Program-made: the position numbers and the translations under genes
From: Vibrio alginolyticus NBRC 15630 = ATCC 17749
Lineage (GTDB): Bacteria; Pseudomonadota; Gammaproteobacteria; Enterobacterales; Vibrionaceae
Length of the DNA stretch: 32,000 nt
NCBI RefSeq assembly: GCF_000354175.2
Contig: NC_022359.1
Span: 1,680,001 to 1,712,000 of the forward strand
Direction: 5' to 3'
The notes under the pieces: generated by a model
What the model was told of the DNA's origin: nothing
The model's input: only the letters and a program-made list of their open reading frames with translations
Database searches by the model: none
Shown here: positions 25,186 to 32,000 of the stretch, one piece after another
Layout of the letters: each line of letters opens with the position of its first letter
Position numbering within the stretch: position 1 is the first letter of the stretch

Positions 25186-26817
25186 CTAGTCAATCTCAGG
25201 CGGTGTAGTAAACGTATGATGTGGCGCAGGGCTTGGCACTGTCCACTCTAAGCCCTCCGCACGTTCCCACGGTTTTGCAGAAGCCTTTTCCCCGCCACGA
25301 ATACACTTGATCACCAACCATAAGAAGATCAGTTGTGACAACCCAAATGCAAACCCACCAATTGATACTATTTGATTAACATCAGCAAACTGAATGGCGT
25401 AATCCGGTATGCGTCTTGGCATGCCCGCTAAGCCTAGGAAGTGCATTGGGAAAAACAGGACATTGACGGAAATAATTGAGCACCAGAAATGCCATAAACT
25501 CAGCTTGTGGTCGTACATATTACCCGTCCACTTAGGTAGCCAGTAGTATGCCGCTGCCATGATCGAGAATACCGCACCAGATACCAACACATAATGGAAA
25601 TGGGCAACTACGAAGTAAGTGTCATGATATTGGAAGTCCGCCGGCACAATCGCCAACATCAGTCCCGAGAAGCCACCAATAGTAAAAAGCACAATAAAGG
25701 CAATGGCAAACAACATTGGCGTTTCAAATGTCAGAGCTCCACGCCACATGGTGGCAACCCAGTTAAAGACTTTAACCCCCGTTGGTACCGCAATCAGCAT
25801 AGTGCAATACATGAAGAAGAGCTCAGCAAAAACTGGCATCCCCGTGGTAAACATGTGGTGCGCCCACACAAGGAAAGATAACAATGCAATGCTGCACGTC
25901 GCGTAAACCATCGAATGATAACCAAACAGCTTCTTACCACTGAAAGCAGGCAGAATGGCGGAAATGATTCCAAACGACGGTAAAATCATGATGTACACTT
26001 CTGGGTGACCAAAGAACCAAAAGATGTGTTGGAACATTACCGGGTCACCACCACCAGCTGCGTCAAAGAAGCTAGTCCCGAAATATTTGTCAGTAAGAAC
26101 CATGGTCACTGCACCCGCTAGTACCGGCATAACCGCGATCAACAAGAAAGCGGTAATTAACCAAGTCCAAACAAACATTGGTAACTTGAACCAAGTCATT
26201 CCCGGAGCTCGCATATTTACGATCGTCACGATAACGTTGATCGCGCCCATAATGGAGCTGATACCCATGATATGCACAGAGAATACAAACAGCGCAGTGC
26301 TATCTGGTCCATAAGTCGTGGACAGCGGAGCATAAAACGTCCAACCAAAATCAGGACCGCCGCCAGGTAAAAACAACGAGCTCAACAAAATAAGAAATGC
26401 AAAAGGTAAGATCCAAAAGCTCAAGTTGTTCATGCGCGGCAGCGCCATATCAGGAGCGCCGATCATCATCGGGATCATCCAGTTAGCAAGACCCGTAAAT
26501 GCTGGCATCACCGCACCAAATACCATCACTAAACCGTGTACCGTGGTCATTTGATTAAAAAACTGCGGATCGACTAGCTGTAGCCCTGGCTGGAACAGTT
26601 CGGCACGAATGATCATTGCCATCGCACCACCTGTTAGAAACATCGCAAAGCTAAACCAAAGGTAGAGGGTGCCTATGTCTTTATGGCTTGTAGAATACAA
26701 CCAACGAGTGATGCCCTGGGGTGCATGATGCTCGTGACCATCATCGATCGCAATGGTACTGTTCGCACTGGCTTCTGCTGGCGCAGACTTCACTGCCTTA
26801 TCTATTGGCTTACTCAT
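25186..26817 (-). CDS. coxA: Cytochrome c oxidase subunit I (aa3-type).
   Basis: The motif [18 protein letters not shown], and a twelve-TM heme-copper oxidase layout are present. An ATGA overlap joins it to the coxB stop. Confidence 0.97.
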   Translation of the reverse strand: MSKPIDKAVKSAPAEASANSTIAIDDGHEHHAPQGITRWLYSTSHKDIGTLYLWFSFAMFLTGGAMAMIIRAELFQPGLQLVDPQFFNQMTTVHGLVMVFGAVMPAFTGLANWMIPMMIGAPDMALPRMNNLSFWILPFAFLILLSSLFLPGGGPDFGWTFYAPLSTTYGPDSTALFVFSVHIMGISSIMGAINVIVTIVNMRAPGMTWFKLPMFVWTWLITAFLLIAVMPVLAGAVTMVLTDKYFGTSFFDAAGGGDPVMFQHIFWFFGHPEVYIMILPSFGIISAILPAFSGKKLFGYHSMVYATCSIALLSFLVWAHHMFTTGMPVFAELFFMYCTMLIAVPTGVKVFNWVATMWRGALTFETPMLFAIAFIVLFTIGGFSGLMLAIVPADFQYHDTYFVVAHFHYVLVSGAVFSIMAAAYYWLPKWTGNMYDHKLSLWHFWCSIISVNVLFFPMHFLGLAGMPRRIPDYAIQFADVNQIVSIGGFAFGLSQLIFLWLVIKCIRGGEKASAKPWERAEGLEWTVPSPAPHHTFTTPPEID

Positions 26818-27977
26818 ATTTCCTCCTTAGCACTGCCTTGTGCCTTAAAGGCATTCACATCGGATGCTTGCACTGTATCGCCAGTATCGTTGCCCCATGC
26901 ATTTCGTTGATATGTGATAACCGCGCCAATTTCTTTGTCACTTAACTGATTAGAAAAAGCCTGCATTGCGGTGCCCGGGCGACCGTTGACAATAATATCT
27001 ATGTGCTCTGTAACATCTCCGGTTGCAATAGGACTGCCTTTAATCGCGGGAAATGCACCCGGAATCCCCTCACCATTTGCCTGATGACACACAGCGCAAC
27101 GCGCCGTGTATATCGATTCGCCTTGCGACATCAATTCGTCCATAGATAAGTCTTGAGAGAGCGCTTCTTGTGCCGCCGCTTTTTGAAGTGCGAGTTCTTG
27201 CTTCTTACTCGCTAGCCATTCATCGAACTTTTCTTCTTCCATCGCATGCACCACCACTGGCATAAATCCGTGTGCACGACCACATAGCTCCGCACATTGG
27301 CCGCGATATACGCCTGGCTCATCAATTCTTGTCCATGCTTCATTAATAAAACCTGGAATGGTGTCTTTCTTGACGGCAAAGTCCGGTACCCACCAAGAGT
27401 GAATGACATCATCAGAAGTCATCAAAAAACGCACTTTGCGATTCACAGGCAACACCAAAGGGTTGTCTACTTCCAGTAAGTAATGTGCGCCTTTAGCTTC
27501 GATTCCATCAATTTGTTTTTGGCTGGTGGCAAGCAAACTAAAAAACTCAACATCTTCGCCAAAATAGCTGTAATGCCATTTCCATTGCGAGCCTGTGATC
27601 TTGACCGTGATATCCGATTGGCTTGTGTCTTCCATTGCGACTAAAGTTTTCGTTGCGGGAATCGCCATAGCGACAAGAATGATGATGGGTATGACCGTCC
27701 AAATAATTTCCACTTTTGTACTTTCATGGAAATGTGCGGCAACTGCTCCTTTTGACTTGCGATGACGGAAGATGGAATAGAACATCACACCAAAAACAAT
27801 CAAAGCAATTACACAGCAGATATAGAAAATCAGCATATGTAATTCATACACTTGCCCACTTATCTCTGTGACCCCTTTTGTCATGTTGTAGTCATTTTCC
27901 TTTGACCAACCAAAAGAGGAAAATGTGATTAAAATCACATTCAGTGATAAGGCTAGAGTAGTCGTTAATCTTTTCAA
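26814..27977 (-). CDS. coxB: Cytochrome c oxidase subunit II with a fused C-terminal cytochrome c domain.
   Basis: The CuA site is HSWWVPDF...[12 protein letters not shown], and the heme c site is CAVCH. The TTG start is preceded by AGGAGAG. Confidence 0.95.
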   Translation of the reverse strand: MKRLTTTLALSLNVILITFSSFGWSKENDYNMTKGVTEISGQVYELHMLIFYICCVIALIVFGVMFYSIFRHRKSKGAVAAHFHESTKVEIIWTVIPIIILVAMAIPATKTLVAMEDTSQSDITVKITGSQWKWHYSYFGEDVEFFSLLATSQKQIDGIEAKGAHYLLEVDNPLVLPVNRKVRFLMTSDDVIHSWWVPDFAVKKDTIPGFINEAWTRIDEPGVYRGQCAELCGRAHGFMPVVVHAMEEEKFDEWLASKKQELALQKAAAQEALSQDLSMDELMSQGESIYTARCAVCHQANGEGIPGAFPAIKGSPIATGDVTEHIDIIVNGRPGTAMQAFSNQLSDKEIGAVITYQRNAWGNDTGDTVQASDVNAFKAQGSAKEEI

Positions 27978-28298
27978 AAGATCTCTCCTCTGCTCAGCCG
28001 CTACGCCTACGCGAGCTTCCTTGCGTCCCGATGCAAATATCGAACAACTTTACGAAAAATCACAAAAACTACGATTTCGACACGGTTTGTTATATTTATG
28101 TTAAAAGGCTAGTTATAGTTCCAAGGTTCTTCAAGAAATTAAATATGATTAAATTTTGTTCGGATAAGAAAAATTAATTCGGTTTATCGATTGCCCTCTT
28201 TGAAATGTAATTGAGAACCATTTACATTGATTTAAAAGAAAACATTGAGATACTTACCAAACGAAGTGTCCAAGAAAGTAGGCTCCCCCTACTAAGGA

Positions 28299-30002
28299 AT
28301 GACTGATATGACAGCACTAATTACGCAATGGCTAGAACGAGACCCTGATCCTAAGACTCGTGAAGAGCTACAACACCTCGTCGATACGAACAATGAACAA
28401 GAACTTACTGATCGCTTTGGCTCACGCCTTGCCTTTGGTACTGCAGGCTTACGTGGCAAAGTGGGCGCAGGTCCAAACCGAATGAACCGCTTGGTGATTC
28501 AAGAGACCGCCACTGGTTTAGGGCACTATTTGCTTGAGCAAGTCAAAGATGCCGCGAGTCGTGGTGTCGTTATTGGCTACGACGGTCGTCCCGATTCAAA
28601 ACAATTCGCGCATGATACCGCATCCGTACTGACGGCCCTTGGTATCAAGGTTTACCTAACGTATGACGTTGCAGCAACCCCAATTGTCGCGTTTGGTGTC
28701 CGTACATTGAATGCGGCGGCCGCTGTTGTTGTTACTGCCAGTCACAATCCACCAGAATACAATGGCTTTAAAGTATATTGGGAGAATGGCGCACAGATTA
28801 TTCCTCCGCACGACTCTGGAATCGCAGCGAAAATTGATGACGCAACAACGAAGCCATTACCTTTAATGTCTCTCGATGATGCAAAACAGCACGGTTTGTT
28901 AGTTTGGTTGGAAGACGACTACTACCAAACTTACCGTAAGACAATGAATGAAAACGCGCTGCTTACTCCTGACAACAACACCGATATTTCTATCGCTTAC
29001 ACTGCGATGCATGGCGTTGGCGCGAATATGGCGGAAACGCTACTTGCCGACGCAGGCTTCCAAAAAGTGGCAAGTGTTAAGGAACAGCGCGAACCTGATG
29101 GAAGCTTCCCAACCGTCAACTTCCCAAACCCTGAAGAAGCCGGTGCAATGGATATGGTGATGGCGTTAGGTAAGTCCGTAGATGCCGATATCGCTTGCGC
29201 TAACGATCCAGATGCGGACCGTTTTGCCGTGGCAGTTAAACGCCCAGATGGCGAGTATCAAATGCTAACGGGTGATCAGGTGGGCTCACTGTTTGGCGAT
29301 TACTTGTTGGAACAGCAACCTAACGCTTTGGTTGGCAACACCATCGTATCCTCAAGAATGCTGAGCAGCATCGCTAAGGCGCATGGCGCACAATACTATC
29401 AAACATTAACTGGCTTTAAATGGCTTACTAACGTTGCCATGGAACAAGAGACAGAAACCAACCCATTCTTGTTTGCTTATGAGGAAGCGCTCGGTTATAC
29501 CGTGGGTAACAAGGTGTGGGATAAAGATGGTTTATCTGCAATCGTCGCGTTTTCACAGCTAACAGGCAAGCTTAAAGCGCAAGGCAAAACACTGTGGGAT
29601 AAACTGGAAGAGCTGTACCGCGAGCACGGTTTCTACTTCAACGCACAACGCAGCATCGCTCTCGACCCGAACTCTCCACCAATCGGCGACAAACTCCGAG
29701 CAAATCCACCAACAGAGATTGCTGGTAAAAAAGTTGCAGTAACCGAAGATCTAAAAACATCGGTTCGCATGTTTGACGACGGCTCTGAAGAATCCATTGA
29801 CTTACCGGCAAGTGACGTATTGATTTATCACCTAGAAGATCAATCACGCGTGATTGTTCGTCCTTCTGGTACTGAGCCAAAACTAAAATGTTACTACGAA
29901 GTCATCAACCTCTTCCCTGCGGATATGAGCTATGAGCAAGCACAGCAAGCAGCAGAAGCGAAGATGAACGAACTTATCGACGCGCACCAGCAAAGTTTGT
30001 AA
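28299..30002 (+). CDS. Alpha-D-phosphohexomutase (phosphoglucomutase/phosphomannomutase family, PgcA-like).
   Basis: The motifs are TASHNPPEYNGFKVY (catalytic Ser), NDPDADRFAV (Mg site) and RPSGTEPKLK (phosphate loop). The RBS spacing may favour the ATG at 28308. Confidence 0.9.
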   Translation: MTDMTALITQWLERDPDPKTREELQHLVDTNNEQELTDRFGSRLAFGTAGLRGKVGAGPNRMNRLVIQETATGLGHYLLEQVKDAASRGVVIGYDGRPDSKQFAHDTASVLTALGIKVYLTYDVAATPIVAFGVRTLNAAAAVVVTASHNPPEYNGFKVYWENGAQIIPPHDSGIAAKIDDATTKPLPLMSLDDAKQHGLLVWLEDDYYQTYRKTMNENALLTPDNNTDISIAYTAMHGVGANMAETLLADAGFQKVASVKEQREPDGSFPTVNFPNPEEAGAMDMVMALGKSVDADIACANDPDADRFAVAVKRPDGEYQMLTGDQVGSLFGDYLLEQQPNALVGNTIVSSRMLSSIAKAHGAQYYQTLTGFKWLTNVAMEQETETNPFLFAYEEALGYTVGNKVWDKDGLSAIVAFSQLTGKLKAQGKTLWDKLEELYREHGFYFNAQRSIALDPNSPPIGDKLRANPPTEIAGKKVAVTEDLKTSVRMFDDGSEESIDLPASDVLIYHLEDQSRVIVRPSGTEPKLKCYYEVINLFPADMSYEQAQQAAEAKMNELIDAHQQSL

Positions 30003-30033
30003 GTCAAAGAGAAACATAGATATTTGATACAAC

Positions 30034-30062
30034 AAGAGGCGCAAATTCGCGCCTCTTTTTTG
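30034..30062 (+). terminator. Rho-independent terminator after the phosphohexomutase gene.
   Basis: AAGAGGCGC-AAATTC-GCGCCTCTT is followed by TTTTTG. Confidence 0.85.
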
Positions 30063-30100
30063 ATTTTCACTAGAACAAGTCAAGCTAACCCGTGCTTTCC

Positions 30101-30523
30101 CTAGCCTACAATTTCCTTTTGTAGAAAGTACTTGTGGATGCCCTCTGCAGGATAGCCTGAGTACTGCCCCACTTTCTCAAAACCCAATTTGAGATAGAAC
30201 TCAAGAGCTTGAAAGCTGTAGGTATCCAAATAAACATGGGTAACCCCATGAGGCTTTACTTTTTGTTCTAGCATCGACATTAATTGACTACCGAGACCAG
30301 AGGTTCGACTTTCAGCGTCTACCCACAAAAACTCCACAAACACCGTATTTTTAAACATTTCGCCAGTCAAGCCACCCATGATCTTGCCATTCTCATCTTT
30401 TGCGAAACAGCCTACAGCATGCACTTCCCCTTCAGGTAAATGCAGTCGGTTATAAGATCGAATACCTTCACGAACAAAATCAAGGTCTGTTTGATCTGGA
30501 TTTAAACAAAATTCAAGCTTCAT
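30101..30523 (-). CDS. GNAT-family N-acetyltransferase.
   Basis: 140 aa with the acetyl-CoA motif A-like sequence VDAESRTSGLGSQLM and LEFYLKLGFEKVG. The RBS is AAGGAGAGG. Confidence 0.8.
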   Translation of the reverse strand: MKLEFCLNPDQTDLDFVREGIRSYNRLHLPEGEVHAVGCFAKDENGKIMGGLTGEMFKNTVFVEFLWVDAESRTSGLGSQLMSMLEQKVKPHGVTHVYLDTYSFQALEFYLKLGFEKVGQYSGYPAEGIHKYFLQKEIVG

Positions 30524-30554
30524 ATATCCTCTCCTTAGGAAACACCAATATCCT

Positions 30555-30586
30555 AAAACAAAAAGCCAGCAATTGCTGGCTTTCTG
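30555..30586 (-). terminator. Rho-independent terminator after the LysE-family gene.
   Basis: The minus strand reads GAAAGCCAGC-AATT-GCTGGCTTTTTGTTTT. Confidence 0.75.
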
Positions 30587-30602
30587 ATGGAATATGATAA
30601 CT

Positions 30603-31235
30603 TTACAAGGCGAAACTACTCAGCATCCACAACGCCAGAATAACAAACACTAACCCCATTAGTTTATGTTGATACGTGCGGAATTTTTCGTTCTCGAGCA
30701 GCCCTTTGCCCAATGTGCCTGCTAACCCAACAAGTAATAAATTGAATGACAAGCCAAGAACGTTCAACAATAACCCTAGCGCTAGCATCTGCTCACCGGA
30801 AGATGCCGTGATATTGCTTGAGACAAACTGCGGCAAAAACATTACAAAAAAGACCAAGGCTTTAGGGTTGAGCAAATTACTCATCAAAGCACGTTGATAA
30901 TAAGTTGATGCCATTTTGTTTTGACCATCAAGCTCTGGAGCCGAAGATGCCTCAGCTCGTAAGCAGTCCCAACCCATTTTTAACAAGTAAGCGCCACCTA
31001 GTAGATGAAGGACTTTAAGGGCTATTGGGCTCATGGCAATCAGGGTAGATACTCCCATCGCAGCAAGCAAAGTAAGAATAACACCAGACGTCGCATTGCC
31101 TAAGCTAGCAAAAAGACCGACCTTCTTACCGTAACTCATACTAGAGCTCGCTATCAGCAACATATCGGGCCCTGGTAACAGCAACAAAGCCACTACTGCG
31201 GTGAGATAAACAGGAAGTACAGATAAATCAATCAT
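30603..31235 (-). CDS. LysE/RhtB-family amino-acid exporter.
   Basis: 210 aa with about six TM segments. The N-terminal LLPGPDMLLI motif is typical of the family. Confidence 0.85.
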   Translation of the reverse strand: MIDLSVLPVYLTAVVALLLLPGPDMLLIASSSMSYGKKVGLFASLGNATSGVILTLLAAMGVSTLIAMSPIALKVLHLLGGAYLLKMGWDCLRAEASSAPELDGQNKMASTYYQRALMSNLLNPKALVFFVMFLPQFVSSNITASSGEQMLALGLLLNVLGLSFNLLLVGLAGTLGKGLLENEKFRTYQHKLMGLVFVILALWMLSSFAL

Positions 31236-31464
31236 GATGGAACCGCTTTTCTACAACAAGGCGGCGAATGTTATACCAACAAAATAACATCATCCAGCCC
31301 AAAATAGCCAAGATAAGTCAAAAAATAAAAATCATAGTTTGCCCAGTTGAAAAGTAGCAATCAATTCGCCTGTTTATCAAAATCGAATAGCAATTTTGTA
31401 CAAAAATAAGCACGATGGATCCGTTACACTTCTAAAATGATTTTCTTGAGCAGACCGGATAAAG

Positions 31465-32000
31465 ATGAAAGAAAAGAATAAGGAAATCGCTACCTTCAAG
31501 ATAGCTCAAGAGCTCGGCGGTTTAGAACTTCTCGATGCAAAGTATGAGAAGCAGAATTTTTCACGCCATAGCCACGAAGGTTACACTATTGGTGTCATCG
31601 AAAAAGGGGCACAACAATTTTTTAGGACGGGCGGGAATCATATCGCGCCACAGGACAGCATCATCCTTGTTAATGCAGATGAAGTACACAACGGGCATTC
31701 AGCCTCGGAAGGCGGTTGGGAATACAAAGCAATGTACCCTGTACCTCAGCAGTTTCAAACTTTAGGACAAGAGCTTGGTTCACCAAATGTAGCTCTGCCC
31801 TATTTCCCTCAACCTGTGGTTTACGATCCTGAGCTGGCTAGTCAGTTACGATTGGTATTTGAAACACTAGAACAATCAGACAACCGTTTATTGAGAGAAA
31901 CTTTGGTTTACGGCACGTTGATCAAGCTAGCCAGTAAACACAGCACTCATCGGGCACCACTGAAAGAGTCAACCAGAGCTCAGCGACAAGTGCAGCTAGT
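31465..32000 (+). CDS. AraC-family transcriptional regulator (N-terminal cupin-like sensing domain; 3' end lies outside the window).
   Basis: My hand translation from ATG 31465 is open to the window end: MKEKNKEIATFKIAQELGGLELLDAKYEKQNFSRHSHEGYTIGVIEKGAQQFF...VNADEVHNG.... This pattern is typical of AraC_binding_2-type N-termini. The gene is divergent from a LysE exporter gene, which is a common pairing. It is absent from the ORF track because it has no stop codon in the window. Confidence 0.65.
   Translation, partial: MKEKNKEIATFKIAQELGGLELLDAKYEKQNFSRHSHEGYTIGVIEKGAQQFFRTGGNHIAPQDSIILVNADEVHNGHSASEGGWEYKAMYPVPQQFQTLGQELGSPNVALPYFPQPVVYDPELASQLRLVFETLEQSDNRLLRETLVYGTLIKLASKHSTHRAPLKESTRAQRQVQL

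Noticed and set aside
28203-28228. The inverted repeat AATGTAA-N11-TTACATT in the coxB/phosphohexomutase divergent region, considered as a TyrR box, CRP site or other operator.
   Set aside because: The arm sequence resembles the TyrR half-sites TGTAAA/TTTACA, but the spacing is wrong. The arms are short and AT-rich in an AT-rich region, so the match may be chance.
31535-31765. A 76-aa plus-strand ORF.
   Set aside because: It is out of frame within the better-supported AraC-family ORF, which starts at 31465 and stays open to the window end.

Overview
The window looks like a Vibrio-type gammaproteobacterial chromosome segment (about 45% GC by eye; this is inference, no search was possible). 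I saw no rRNA, tRNA, CRISPR array, IS element, integrase or obvious defence or toxin-antitoxin genes.

Gene content, left to right:
1. Positions 1-2712 (minus strand) hold the 5' end of a giant repeat adhesin of the type I secretion (T1SS) substrate class. It has an acidic low-complexity N-terminus followed by ~95-aa cadherin-like / tandem-95-like modules. The reading frame is broken by one extra T in a T5 run, inside near-identical 573-bp DNA repeats.
2. Positions 2898-11967 (plus strand) hold a divergent, tightly coupled six-gene operon. Gene order is: small unknown ORF, HlyD-type membrane fusion protein, membrane sensor resembling a hybrid histidine kinase (Tyr in place of the phospho-accepting His, no visible ATP-lid G boxes, intact C-terminal receiver), dedicated TolC-like outer membrane factor, and two different ABC half-transporters. 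One ABC protein has no N-terminal domain and degenerate catalytic motifs. The other has a Cys-less C39-like domain.
3. Positions 12073-15140 hold a regulatory cluster: an unknown 124-aa ORF, an RpoS-like sigma-factor paralog, and a periplasmic-SBP-domain GGDEF diguanylate cyclase.
4. Next come a perfect 9-bp x7 tandem repeat and arfA with an intrinsic terminator inside its own ORF (the known non-stop mRNA arrangement). After these are a CspA-family gene with a long leader, yaeQ, an unknown ORF and a membrane-anchored glutaredoxin-like protein.
5. An envelope set follows: OmpA-C lipoprotein, lipoprotein DsbA-like protein with a CGHC site, and an FKBP PPIase.
6. A complete aa3-type cytochrome c oxidase structural and biogenesis cluster follows (coxB-coxA-ctaG-coxC ... 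SURF1, CxxxC protein, ctaA, cyoE). A small twin-TM gene sits on the opposite strand, and its ATG overlaps the SURF1 ATG.
7. The window ends with a phosphohexomutase, a GNAT, a LysE-family exporter and a partial AraC-family regulator.

The most unusual element is the T1SS operon, with its embedded pseudo-kinase/receiver and asymmetric ABC pair, next to the frameshifted adhesin and the sigma factor/c-di-GMP genes. All family calls rest on motifs I recognise by eye and need HMM or BLAST confirmation.
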